Shown here: piece after piece, positions 1 to 9,119 of the stretch
Position numbering within the stretch: position 1 is the stretch's first letter
How the letters are laid out: each line of letters begins with the position of its first letter
Assembly (NCBI GenBank): GCA_040755995.1
Contig: JBFMAF010000013.1
Span: 757-64,756, forward strand
Length of the DNA: 64,000 nt
Direction: 5' to 3'
From: Acidobacteriota bacterium
Lineage (GTDB): Bacteria; Acidobacteriota; CAIWXX01
Notes under the pieces: model-generated
What the model was told of the DNA's origin: nothing
What the model saw: only the letters and a program-made list of their open reading frames with translations
Databases searched by the model: none
Made by a program: the position numbers and the translations under genes

Positions 1-356
1 GTCAGGAGGCTTCTCTTGATCGTCTCCTCTGCAGCCGAGAAACGCAGAAAGGGGTCTTCCAGCGGGTACCCTTTGCGAACGTAGACGAGATCGAAAAAAG
101 CAATCGCATCGAGGAAATACGTCTGGTGATTCGAGAGGAAGATGACGTTCTTGCGCGGCAGCTGGTCGAGGATCGAATGGCCCCGGACGCGGATGCGATT
201 GAGCAGGCGGAAGTAGGGAAGGGTGAACCCCAGGCCCAAGCCGGCGATCAACCCGCGGCGGATCCACCGATCCACGAACACCTGCCAGGCGGGCGCCACC
301 GCCCCACTGTCAGCCCACTGGTTTTCGTCGAATAACGAGAGAATCTCCTCGTTCAC
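1..356 (-). CDS. 1-acyl-sn-glycerol-3-phosphate acyltransferase-like protein (PlsC family), N-terminal part; gene runs off the left edge
   Basis: Minus-strand translation IVNEEILSLFDENQW...NVIFLSNHQTYFLDAIAFF contains the acyltransferase HX4D motif (NHQTYFLD) about 80 aa from a putative GTG start. No in-frame ATG is present and the start is uncertain. Confidence 0.5.
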   Translation of the reverse strand, partial: MNEEILSLFDENQWADSGAVAPAWQVFVDRWIRRGLIAGLGLGFTLPYFRLLNRIRVRGHSILDQLPRKNVIFLSNHQTYFLDAIAFFDLVYVRKGYPLEDPFLRFSAAEETIKRSLL

Positions 357-502
357 GATGGGTCCCCTCCGCGTTGCAGTTCGCGCGGCTTCCCTCGCCC
401 CCCTCCGCGCAGGCCTTCTGGTGAAGCCCTCCTCCCCGGACATGCACCCGATATCATTCGATCCCGTTCTAAGCAGAATCCTAGGCCAACGGGGTGATCG
501 TG

Positions 503-1030
503 TCAAGCGCGCCGTGCGAGAACGCTCCGCCGCCACTCCATGTCGCCGTGCGTGTCGGAGAACTGTTCCAGCTTCTGCAAGTGCAGCTCGATCTGCGCTC
601 GATAGAACGAGCCCCTCTCGACGGGAGTGACAAACCTGCTGGTGAAGAAGGCGAACATGGCGTTCACCTCCGAATGCTCCAGCTCATGAGCCAACTCGTA
701 TGCATGCTGGAGCGTCTGGACCGATCGGACCAACTGGCCCGCAGGCTGCAAACGCAACGCTCTCCACCTGGCAGCCCGGTCGGAGCCGATTGTCTGAGCG
801 AGCTGCTCGGCAGTCAGCCGGACGAGGATCATCTCGAGCGCCTCGTGGTGCGCGGCCTCGTCGCGAGCGAGGTCCTTCCAGAAACCGGAGACGTCAGGCT
901 CGTGAGCGAACATCTCGGCCAGGAGATCGTAGACCTCTTTGGCCACCTTCTCGGCGTCGATGGCGCGAAGGAGGAAAGAGCCGACTGAGTCGTCCGGACG
1001 GCCCGCAAACGGCTCGTGGTCGTCAGTCAT
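503..1030 (-). CDS. ferritin-like (diiron, rubrerythrin-fold) domain protein
   Basis: ATG at 1030 (MTDDHEPF...). Two ExxH motifs (DEAAHHEALE, HELEHSE) are typical of ferritin-like diiron proteins. The ORF-track start at 1195 is probably over-extended. Confidence 0.5.
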   Translation of the reverse strand: MTDDHEPFAGRPDDSVGSFLLRAIDAEKVAKEVYDLLAEMFAHEPDVSGFWKDLARDEAAHHEALEMILVRLTAEQLAQTIGSDRAARWRALRLQPAGQLVRSVQTLQHAYELAHELEHSEVNAMFAFFTSRFVTPVERGSFYRAQIELHLQKLEQFSDTHGDMEWRRSVLARRA

Positions 1031-1064
1031 GCCTGTTGTGAGCGAGCGGTGTGGCTCGTGACAC

Positions 1065-1541
1065 TCAAGGCGCTCCGCGCGGAAGGTCGAACAGCAATGA
1101 CTGGCCCAGGGCCAGCTTCTTCCGGTCGATCGTGCCCGCCTCGAGCTCCACTGCGTACAGCGCGGCCTGTGCCGGCGAATACGTTGGGCAATCAACCGTC
1201 TTGCACGGGGGCAGATTCCTCTCCAGATGGACGATCTGCTTTCTTCCGTTGAGCCACACTATGTCCAGCGGGATCTCGCAGTTCTTCATCCAGAAGCCGT
1301 GTGTATCGCTGGCCTCGAATACGAACAGCATCCCCTGGTCGGCAGGCAGTGTCTTCCGGTACATCAGGCCGAAGGCGCGCTTCTCCGGAGTATCGGCGAG
1401 TTGCGCAAGAATCAGGCTGCCGTCCGGCAGCGACACGGCAACGGTCGTGTACGTGGTTGCTGCCGGGACCGGCGCCAGGAGGGCCCACATGAGCGGGACG
1501 CATGCTGCGCGCCCTGCGCACTCTCTGCTCTCCACTCTCAA
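1065..1541 (-). CDS. DUF192 (COG1430) family secreted protein
   Basis: LILAQLADTPEKRAFGLMYR...MLFVF...FWMKNCEIPLDIVWL matches the conserved DUF192 core. The start is either 1541 (inside a dispersed repeat) or 1490 (MWALLAP). Confidence 0.6.
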   Translation of the reverse strand: MRVESRECAGRAACVPLMWALLAPVPAATTYTTVAVSLPDGSLILAQLADTPEKRAFGLMYRKTLPADQGMLFVFEASDTHGFWMKNCEIPLDIVWLNGRKQIVHLERNLPPCKTVDCPTYSPAQAALYAVELEAGTIDRKKLALGQSLLFDLPRGAP

Positions 1542-1606
1542 CTCTCTACGCGAGGCGGGGCCAAAGCGGCCTGGTATCCTTCATGGTCCAGAGGCCGTGC
1601 CTCGTC
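1519..1606. repeat. dispersed composite element, full-length copy ((CTCTCNN)n tract + CGCGAGGCGGGGCC + CCAGAGGCCGTGCCTCG hairpin tail)
   Basis: About 80% identical over roughly 90 bp to the copy at 28878-28965. Shorter copies are at 8317-8330, 19858-19910, 24568-24612, 27884-27912, 35162-35182 and 41309-41352. Confidence 0.6.
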
Positions 1607-1607
1607 G

Positions 1608-2186
1608 TTACTGCTCGTCGCCCGCCTCCGTGCCCATCTGCGTGCCGCCGATCTCGGAGCCGACCGTGAATCGGCTGTCCTCCAGAATGACGTCCATGGA
1701 GTCGCCGTCGCCTCCGGGCATCTGATCCTCGCCGAAGCAGGCAAGCGTGTACGACTGGCGCCCTCCCGATCGCCTCTCTACCATGTAGAGATAGCTGCGC
1801 CCCCACGGGTCCTTGTAGACTTTCTTGAGGTATTCGGGCATGAGCACGTTGAGACCATCCGGGTACGAGTTCGTGCGTGCCTTGTAGAATTCGCACGCCC
1901 GGGCGATCTGTATGATGTCATCCTTGGCTGTGAGCTGTTTCGAGAACTGGTAGATGTCGGCCGCGTCCTCGTAAAAGACGAGGTCCTTCCTGGCCTTCTG
2001 ACCCCATTCGGTGTCGGGGTACCGGTCGCGCACCTGCTGGAAGATCTCGATCGCCTCCTTCATCTTCTTCTCTCTCAGCATGGCAACGCCCTTGAGATAC
2101 TCCTCCTTTGCCTTGTCCTCGGGCTTCTTCGCGCTACAGCACGTGAACAGCAGTACCGCCAGGATAGCGACAGCACATGCCCGCAT
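1608..2186 (-). CDS. lipoprotein with TPR-like N-terminal region and a type II secretion GspG-like C-terminal domain
   Basis: Lipobox LFTC|C after the signal peptide. The C-terminus YLKKVYKDPWGRSYLY...LACFGEDQMPGGDGDSMDVI closely parallels the GspG pseudopilin C-terminal domain (YLKK.P.DPWGNPY...LGADGQEGGEGDDADI), but no prepilin leader is present. Confidence 0.55.
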   Translation of the reverse strand: MRACAVAILAVLLFTCCSAKKPEDKAKEEYLKGVAMLREKKMKEAIEIFQQVRDRYPDTEWGQKARKDLVFYEDAADIYQFSKQLTAKDDIIQIARACEFYKARTNSYPDGLNVLMPEYLKKVYKDPWGRSYLYMVERRSGGRQSYTLACFGEDQMPGGDGDSMDVILEDSRFTVGSEIGGTQMGTEAGDEQ

Positions 2187-2212
2187 GTTCCCTCCTCCTT
2201 CGTCCCTTCACT

Positions 2213-2878
2213 TCAGTGAACCCGGGTCTTCTCCGCCTCTCCAGTCATCGGCACGAATCGCACCGGAATGACCTCGCGCGTGACCGCCTTGCCGCCGTGC
2301 TTGGTGATGACGACCAGTTCCTGGCTGAAGTCCCCAACGGGGATCACCAGCCTGCCGCCGTCCTTGAGCTGATCGATCAGCGGCTGTGGCACGTGAGTAG
2401 GTGCCGCCGTCACGATCACGCCGTCGAACGGCGCTTCCTCGGGCCAGCCGCGGTACCCGTCTGCGCAGCGAACCTGGATGTTCTTGTAGCCGAGCGAGCC
2501 GAGCTTCTCGCGCGCCCTGTCGGCCAGGGTGCAGATGATCTCGATTGAAAACACGCGCGCGCCCATCACCTCGAGCACAGCCGCTTGATATCCGGAACCC
2601 GTGCCGATCTCCAAGACTTTCTCACCGCCTTTGAGCCCCAACAGCTGGCTCATCAGTGCGACGATATAAGGCTGCGATATAGTCTGCCCCTCTCCGATCG
2701 GGAGCGGCCGGTCGGCATATGCCTCGAACTCCTCGCCGGCCGGAACGAACAGGTGCCGCGGCACCGTCTCCATCGCCTTCAGCACCAGGCGATCTCGAAT
2801 GTCCCTGCCTTCGAGCTGCTCGCGAACCATCTGCCGCCGGAGCTGTGCGTAGCTTGAATCCGCCGTCTTCTGATCCAT
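2213..2878 (-). CDS. pcm: protein-L-isoaspartate O-methyltransferase
   Basis: QTISQPYIVALM, VLEIGTGSGYQAAVLA and the rest of the AdoMet-binding pattern are typical of Pcm. ATG at 2878 (MDQKTADS). The upstream in-frame extension has a hydrophobic stretch and covers a heptamer repeat. Confidence 0.8.
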   Translation of the reverse strand: MDQKTADSSYAQLRRQMVREQLEGRDIRDRLVLKAMETVPRHLFVPAGEEFEAYADRPLPIGEGQTISQPYIVALMSQLLGLKGGEKVLEIGTGSGYQAAVLEVMGARVFSIEIICTLADRAREKLGSLGYKNIQVRCADGYRGWPEEAPFDGVIVTAAPTHVPQPLIDQLKDGGRLVIPVGDFSQELVVITKHGGKAVTREVIPVRFVPMTGEAEKTRVH

Positions 2879-2961
2879 AGACTGCTCCTGCACGCTCGTC
2901 GCCCCACGACAATGCCATCCTGCGAGAGCCAGGAACAAGACCAGTGCTCTTGCCGGGCTCC

Positions 2962-2996
2962 GGAAATGCGAAATCCGCAATTCGAAATCCGAAATC
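2962..2996. repeat. tandem heptanucleotide repeat (GGAAATG CGAAATC CGCAATT CGAAATC CGAAATC) between proS and pcm
   Basis: Direct reading shows five 7-bp units. The same CGAAATC heptamer recurs at 24683-24703. Confidence 0.7.
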
Positions 2997-3076
2997 CGAG
3001 GTCGAGCCCGCCTGGCCCGCGGGCGCTGCCGATCGCCCACCGGCGACATGTTCTCTCGACCCTTGTCCTGGCTCAC

Positions 3077-4519
3077 CTAGTAGGCCTTGGCGAATAGGAC
3101 GCGCCCCTTCGCCTCCTTGTTGCAGTAGACGCAGGCTCCCTTCTCTCCGTTCTCCTCGAAAGGGATCACGCGGATGGTCGCCGACGTCTTCTCCTTGATC
3201 TCCGTTTCGCACTCCCCGCTCCCGCACCAGAAGCAGGACAAGAACCCCGGGCGCTGCTCCATCATCTCCTGGAATCTTGCGAAATTGTCTACATCCGTAG
3301 TATTCATCCGCCGGAACTCGACGGCGCGCTCGAAGAGTGATGACTGCATCCGGGCGAGCAGGTCGCCGACGGCCCCCGGCAGTCCCTCCACCGGCACGAA
3401 CGCCTTCTCGCGAGTGTCGCGCCTGACAATCACCGCCTGGCGCTTCTCGATGTCCTTCGGCCCGATCTCGATCCTGAGCGGCACTCCGCGCATCTCCCAG
3501 TCCGCGAACTTCCAGCCGGGGGTATGCATGTCGCGATCGTCGAGCTTCGAGCGGATGCCGGACGCCTTGAGAGCCTCATGGATGCCGCGCGCATGCGGCA
3601 AGACCGTCTCTCTCCAGTTCCCTGCCGAAATCGGCACGATCACCGCCTGGATGGGGGCGATGCGTGGAGGCACGATCAGGCCGGAGTCGTCTCCGTGGGT
3701 CATGATTACGGCGCCTACCAGGCGCGTCGACACACCCCAGCTCGTCGACCAGGCGTACTGGAGCTGCTGGTTCTCGTCTTCGAATCGGATCTCGAACGCC
3801 TTGGCGAAGTGCTGGCCGAGGTTATGGGAAGTGCCGGACTGCAGCGCCCGTCCGTCGGTCATCAGGGCCTCGATCGCATAGGTGCGAAGCGCCCCCGCGA
3901 AGCGCTCTCTCGCAGTCTTCTCACCCTTGACCACCGGCACCGCGAGCTCCGTCTCGACGAACTCCCGGTACATCTCGAGAATCATCAGCGTCTCTTCCTG
4001 CGCCTCCTCCGGAGTCGCATGCACCGTGTGACCCTCCTGCCAGAGGAATTCCGTCGTCCGCAGGAACGGCCGGGTCACCTTCTCCCATCGCACGATGTTG
4101 GCCCACTGGTTGATGAGGATGGGAAGGTCTCGATATGACCGCACCCACTTGGCATACATCGGGCAGATGACCGCCTCGGAAGTGGGCCTTACGGCCAGCG
4201 GTTCCTCCAGCTCCTCGCCGCCGCCTCTCGTGACCCATGCCACCTCGGGCGCGAACCCCTTGACGTGGTCGGCCTCCTTCTTCAGCGAGCTCTCAGGCAC
4301 GAACAGCGGGAAGTACGCGTTCTCGTGACCGGTTTCCTTGATGCGCCGGTCGAGCAGGTCGCGCGCCCGCTCCCATATCGCATATCCATACGGTCGAATG
4401 ACCATGCAGCCCTTGACGGGCGTGTAGTCTGCAAGCTCCGCCTTGCGCACCACGTCCAGATACCACTTAGAGTAGTCCACGTTTCTGGGAGTGATCTCCG
4501 AAACCCAACGCTTCTCCAA
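3077..4519 (-). CDS. proS: proline--tRNA ligase, archaeal/eukaryotic-type class II
   Basis: 480 aa. MEKRWVSEITPRNVDYSKWYLDVVRKAELADY..., class II motifs and the C-terminal zinc-binding region are characteristic of the short ProRS form that lacks an editing insertion. Confidence 0.9.
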   Translation of the reverse strand: MEKRWVSEITPRNVDYSKWYLDVVRKAELADYTPVKGCMVIRPYGYAIWERARDLLDRRIKETGHENAYFPLFVPESSLKKEADHVKGFAPEVAWVTRGGGEELEEPLAVRPTSEAVICPMYAKWVRSYRDLPILINQWANIVRWEKVTRPFLRTTEFLWQEGHTVHATPEEAQEETLMILEMYREFVETELAVPVVKGEKTARERFAGALRTYAIEALMTDGRALQSGTSHNLGQHFAKAFEIRFEDENQQLQYAWSTSWGVSTRLVGAVIMTHGDDSGLIVPPRIAPIQAVIVPISAGNWRETVLPHARGIHEALKASGIRSKLDDRDMHTPGWKFADWEMRGVPLRIEIGPKDIEKRQAVIVRRDTREKAFVPVEGLPGAVGDLLARMQSSLFERAVEFRRMNTTDVDNFARFQEMMEQRPGFLSCFWCGSGECETEIKEKTSATIRVIPFEENGEKGACVYCNKEAKGRVLFAKAY

Positions 4520-4648
4520 TCAGGCCCTCCGTCCGGGCGGGACGACCCCGCCCCTACAACCTTGTCGATAATTTCAGTCTACAGCGTGAAGCCGACCCGG
4601 TCAAGGCGTAGGGGCGGGGGCGGGGGCGGGGTCACCCCGCCCGTGGGG

Positions 4649-5836
4649 TCACCCTACCCGCGGGCGCACGTGTTCGCGGAAGAGAGCGCGGAATTCACGG
4701 AAGGCGGCGGGCGCCTTGCGCCCCGCGATCTGCTGGACAAGCTCGATGAGAACCCAACCCAGGTAAACGAAGGCCATTTCCTCGCGCGAGCCCGGAAGGA
4801 CGAACTGGATGAACCACAAGACGAAGAGCCCCGCCGCCTCGTACCACTCGAACTTCATGTTCAGCAGGAGCATGAAGGCAAGCGCCGATTGTGCGATCGT
4901 CAAGCCGATCTCGACAACGTGCATGTGGTCGAACTGGATCGGGACTACGGCCCGGGAGCTCCAGCAGTAGACCATCGGTATCATAGCCACCAGCACCGTC
5001 CACTGGTTGATGTTTGACGACACCATGTTCATGAGTGCCATCGGAGCTTCCGTGACCTTGCGGGCCCAGTAGAAGGCCGAAAACTTCTCGGGGAACTCCG
5101 ACACGAACGGGGCGATCCATTGGATGAAGACGAACTGCGAGACGCCGGCGGCAAGGGCCAGCCCCTTGATCGACTCCACGAACGGCTCGGCTACCAAGTA
5201 GATGATCGCCCCGCCGGAGGCGAAGAACGCCACGATCATCGCGTTGCGCAGGCGAGGCCCGAGCGCCAGCACCTTGCGCGGAACATACTCGAGGTCTTCG
5301 ATTGCTTCTTGGTCACGGGACGGGATCCGGTTGAGGATTCCGAGGTAGACCACGTAGAGGACGGTCAATACCACCGAGTCGACTAGCGTAAGCGTGGCCT
5401 TGTAAAAGATCCAGATGAAGTACAGGAGCGGCGGCAGCAGCGCCATGACCTCCACAGAGTGCTCCCTGTCCAGCTCGATGATCCTCAACGGCTTCCCCGT
5501 CCTCCTGCGATAGAAGAACGCAGCGGTGGCGTAGATCATCGGCCATCCGAGGCCGATCAGCAGCCTCAGGGCTCCTGTGAAATTCGCCGTGAGGTTCGGG
5601 ACGTCCCGGTTCCACGCAATCACGGCTTCCACCGCGAACTCCGGCAGCGTCTGAAGCCACGCGAGTATCGCAAGAGCCATGCCCTGCGAGATCACGAACT
5701 GCGCGCACTCGGCCCCCCACGCTATGAGCATCGCGGCAGCGATCATCGTCGGGAACGTCCACAACGCGTGCACGGCGTGGGCGGCGGACCTGGCCAGGCC
5801 GTGTGTGACCGTCTTGGCAAGCAGAACGAGTCTCAC
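4649..5836 (-). CDS. polytopic membrane protein, putative cation/Ca2+ antiporter (CaCA-like)
   Basis: Ten or more hydrophobic segments. Two alpha-repeat-like motifs (QTLPEFAVEAV and APFVSEFPEKFSAF) resemble the GxSxPE repeats of Na+/Ca2+ exchanger family proteins. The assignment is tentative. Confidence 0.4.
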   Translation of the reverse strand: MRLVLLAKTVTHGLARSAAHAVHALWTFPTMIAAAMLIAWGAECAQFVISQGMALAILAWLQTLPEFAVEAVIAWNRDVPNLTANFTGALRLLIGLGWPMIYATAAFFYRRRTGKPLRIIELDREHSVEVMALLPPLLYFIWIFYKATLTLVDSVVLTVLYVVYLGILNRIPSRDQEAIEDLEYVPRKVLALGPRLRNAMIVAFFASGGAIIYLVAEPFVESIKGLALAAGVSQFVFIQWIAPFVSEFPEKFSAFYWARKVTEAPMALMNMVSSNINQWTVLVAMIPMVYCWSSRAVVPIQFDHMHVVEIGLTIAQSALAFMLLLNMKFEWYEAAGLFVLWFIQFVLPGSREEMAFVYLGWVLIELVQQIAGRKAPAAFREFRALFREHVRPRVG

Positions 5837-5943
5837 TAGAGCTGCTTCCCGTCTAGCGAGGCGGGGCCTGGAGGAAAATCAGGCCAGGCCGATTCACCAC
5901 TGCGCCTGTGGATGTCATCATGCGTGCCGTGAAGCGAGAAAGC

Positions 5944-7494
5944 TCAGGCCCCCTGGAAGTCGGCCAGAGTCATGTGACTGTGGCGGCGCCCTCTTCGTTC
6001 GTCCTTCCGCGGGAAGTCCTCGCGAAAGTGCGCTCCTCGGCTTTCCTCCCGCCTCAACGCAGACAGCGCGATCATGCCGCCGACCTGGACCATGTTGTTC
6101 AACTCGAGCGCGGCTCTGCTGTTGCCCGGCTGGTTACGGCGATCCATCTCGCGGAGCAACCCGACGGCCCGGGTGAGGCCCTTCCGGTTCCTTGCTATGC
6201 CCACCATCTCGGTCATGATGGCCTTGAGCTTTGCCGGTGCCGTGGTTCTGGCGGATCGACTAGGTCTCGCCACGCGCGCAGCCTCGAACGCGGGCATTTC
6301 CAATCTGTCGGCGATCATCGCCTGAGCGCCGCGGGCACCCCAGACGAGGCCCTCCAGAAGCGAATTGCTCGCGAGCCGGTTGGCGCCGTGCACACCCGTG
6401 CAGGCGACCTCTCCGGCCGCGTAGAGGCCGGGGATCGAGGTGCGGCCCTGGAGGTCCGTGCGGACGCCACCCATCATGTAATGGGCCGCCGGCCTGACCG
6501 GCAGGAGCTCGCGGGTGATGTCGAGGCCGAAGCCCCGGCAAGTCTGGTAGATCCTCGGGAAGCGGCGCCGAATGAACGCAGGGCGTAGTCGAGTAAGGTC
6601 GAGGTAGACGCAGCTTGACGCCGTCTCCAGCATCTCGAAGTGAATGGCCCGGCTCACGATGTCGCGCGGCGCCAGCTCGGCCGCGTGATGGTATCGCTTC
6701 ATGAAAGCGTCACCGTGCCGATTCACGAGCACGCCGCCTTCGCCTCGGACCGCCTCCGAGATCAGGAAATTGGGCGCTCCCTTGCGGTAAAGGGCCGTCG
6801 GGTGGAACTGGACGAATTCCATGTCCTGCATGAGGGCACCGGCGCGCGCCGCGATGGACATCCCATCGCCCGTGGCCCCCTCAGGGTTGCTCGTCTCGCG
6901 ATAGAGCTGGCCGACACCGCCGCTTGCGAGCAAGACGGCTCTCCCACGCAAGGTTCCGCCACGCCGCTTCGCAAAGTCAAGATAGCTGATTCCTGCTGCT
7001 CTCGCTTCGGGCGCCATCAGCAGGTCCACGGTGAAGGTGTTTGGCAAAAACTGAATGTTCTTCACGTGCAGGGCACGCGCCAGCAACGCGCGGACGATCT
7101 CCTTGCCGGTCGAGTCGCCGCGGGCGTGCAAGATCCGGTGCACGCGATGCGCCGCTTCCCGCCCGAAGCTGAAGTGGTCGCCGGTCATGTCGAAATGCGC
7201 CCCCCACTCGATCAACTCGAGCATGTACTGCAGGCCGTCCTCGACGAGGATCTCGACCGCTCGGCGCGAGCACAGCCCGTCGCCGGCGGCGAGCGTGTCG
7301 TCGATGTGGAATCGAATGTCATCTTCCTCGGAGAGAGCCACGGCCACACCGCCCTGGGCGTAGCCGGTGGAGCTTTCGGAGAGGCTGTCCTTGCAAACCA
7401 CGGCCACCCGGCCCGCTCGGGCCAGCGTCAGAGCGGCCCGCAGCCCAGCGATGCCAGTCCCGATCACAATATAGTCGACCTGTTCGTCATTCAT
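5944..7494 (-). CDS. nadB: L-aspartate oxidase
   Basis: N-terminal FAD fold (DYIVIGTGIAGLRAAL) and the fumarate reductase / succinate dehydrogenase flavoprotein family signature (HYMMGGVRTD, ESRGAHFRED). Its length and conservation pattern match NadB. Confidence 0.9.
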   Translation of the reverse strand: MNDEQVDYIVIGTGIAGLRAALTLARAGRVAVVCKDSLSESSTGYAQGGVAVALSEEDDIRFHIDDTLAAGDGLCSRRAVEILVEDGLQYMLELIEWGAHFDMTGDHFSFGREAAHRVHRILHARGDSTGKEIVRALLARALHVKNIQFLPNTFTVDLLMAPEARAAGISYLDFAKRRGGTLRGRAVLLASGGVGQLYRETSNPEGATGDGMSIAARAGALMQDMEFVQFHPTALYRKGAPNFLISEAVRGEGGVLVNRHGDAFMKRYHHAAELAPRDIVSRAIHFEMLETASSCVYLDLTRLRPAFIRRRFPRIYQTCRGFGLDITRELLPVRPAAHYMMGGVRTDLQGRTSIPGLYAAGEVACTGVHGANRLASNSLLEGLVWGARGAQAMIADRLEMPAFEAARVARPSRSARTTAPAKLKAIMTEMVGIARNRKGLTRAVGLLREMDRRNQPGNSRAALELNNMVQVGGMIALSALRREESRGAHFREDFPRKDERRGRRHSHMTLADFQGA

Positions 7495-7729
7495 CAGCCG
7501 GCCATTCTAGCACAGGTTGACAGTCATCAGTTGGCGGTCGTCGGTTTCGCTGCGAAACACTCGCAGGCGGGCGCAGGGATGGTCCGTTTCGGGCCGGCTG
7601 GTGTGGGCCCCCCTTCGGGCTCTGAACGTCGTCGCGGACTGGGTGGCGTGGCGGCGCGGCGGCGTGGATTCTGGCTCGTTTTGTTCTTGCGACTATGGTA
7701 GAATGATGCGAGAGAGGGAGGTTGGGAAC

Positions 7730-8323
7730 ATGAAACGCTATTTTGCAGCCGTCACCCTCGGAACGATCGTTGCGTTGCTGATCGGCACGGCTTCTTTCGC
7801 CCAGACCCTTGCAGATGTGGCACGCGAAACGAAAAAGGACGCGGAGAAGACCGCCAAGCCGTCGAAGACTTATACCAACGCGGACCTGGAGAGGTTCAGC
7901 GGCGGGGCGGTGAGCACGGTCGTCGATAGCGGTGAATACGATACAACGGCTGGTGGAGAATCGCCGGCGGCGGAGGCAGGCGAGTCAAAGCTGGCAGGCG
8001 ATGAGGGCCAACCGGGCGACACGCAGCAGGGCGGCAAGGGAGAGGACTACTGGCGCCAGAGGGCAGCGGAAGCGCGGAAGACCAAGGCGCGCGCCATCGA
8101 GCGTGCCGATCTGCTGCAGACGAAGGCGAATATCCTCTATTCAAACTGGGTAGCCGTGGACGACCCTGCCCAGCGCGACTACCTGTGGGTCCAGTACCTG
8201 CAGGTCCAGTCCGAAATAGAGGAAGCCAGGAAGGAAACTGCTGACACGTCGCAGGCTCTCACCGATCTTGAAGACGAGGCCCGCAAGGACGGGGCGCTCC
8301 CCGGGTGGCTCAGGGAAGAGTAG
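7730..8323 (+). CDS. secreted hypothetical protein, paralog A (pairs with 27951-28568)
   Basis: GGGAGG RBS, then ATG at 7730 and signal peptide MKRYFAAVTLGTIVALLIGTASFA. Shares the QTLADVARETKKDAEK...YWRQRAAE...GALPGWLREE architecture with the ORF at 27951. Its stop codon lies inside an AGAGTAGAGAGTGG repeat. Confidence 0.6.
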   Translation: MKRYFAAVTLGTIVALLIGTASFAQTLADVARETKKDAEKTAKPSKTYTNADLERFSGGAVSTVVDSGEYDTTAGGESPAAEAGESKLAGDEGQPGDTQQGGKGEDYWRQRAAEARKTKARAIERADLLQTKANILYSNWVAVDDPAQRDYLWVQYLQVQSEIEEARKETADTSQALTDLEDEARKDGALPGWLREE

Positions 8324-8380
8324 AGAGTGGCGCACCCGGCCAGTCGGCTTCGCCCGCTGGCCAGGCTTCGGAGTCGCCAG

Positions 8381-9115
8381 CTACGCGGCCCCTTCGCGGC
8401 TGAGCCTCACGCTGAATGTGAAATCGGCGCTGGCGCCTTGAGGGTCGGTGACCCGCACGGTCGCTGAGTAGTCACCGTCCAGAACCGACTGAGCGTCCCA
8501 CGTGACCTTGCCAGTCTGGGCATCGATGTCCATACCGGGCGGTGCCTTGATCAAGGAGTATGTCATCTTGTCGTCTTCCGGATCGCGCGCAAGCACCTGA
8601 TACGTCAAGAAGCCCTCTGAGTCTATCTCCATCTGCTTGTTCGGCGTGATCATGGGAGCGCAGTTGGCAACGACCAGGCTCAGTGTTTCAGTCGGACCAT
8701 TGTCGATTCCGTCATTGGGCGTTATGTCGACGGAGACATTGTCGCCGCGCTTGAGTCCCGAGATGGAATCGGCGGTGGAGACGACCTTTCCGTTCAGGGT
8801 CCACACGTAAGTCAGCGTGACCTGCGCCCCCTCGCGCGCGGCCACCTTGAGGTCGACACCCAGGCCGTCCCCCTTGGCCACCAGCCTGGCTTGCTCTAGT
8901 CGCGGGCCTCTGATTGCGGCTGGCTGGGTTGATGGGGCCTGCAGCGCCGGGCCTCCGATCCGCCTGGGTGGAGTCGGCTCCGGACTGATCGTGGCCGGTG
9001 TCAGTGTGTCCCGTTCGCCCCGCTGCGCGGCTTGATCCTGGTAGGTGGCACTACCGCATCCAGACATGAGACACAGTGCAGCGGAAATGGACAGCAGCCG
9101 CGTCGTCTTGCTCAT
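8381..9115 (-). CDS. lipoprotein with Ig/cadherin-like beta domain, distal gene of the pilus cluster
   Basis: Signal plus lipobox (LCLMSGC). Beta-rich repeats (VTLTYVWTLNGKVV, YSATVRVTD). No close named homolog was recognised. Confidence 0.5.
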   Translation of the reverse strand: MSKTTRLLSISAALCLMSGCGSATYQDQAAQRGERDTLTPATISPEPTPPRRIGGPALQAPSTQPAAIRGPRLEQARLVAKGDGLGVDLKVAAREGAQVTLTYVWTLNGKVVSTADSISGLKRGDNVSVDITPNDGIDNGPTETLSLVVANCAPMITPNKQMEIDSEGFLTYQVLARDPEDDKMTYSLIKAPPGMDIDAQTGKVTWDAQSVLDGDYSATVRVTDPQGASADFTFSVRLSREGAA

Positions 9116-9119
9116 GGCG

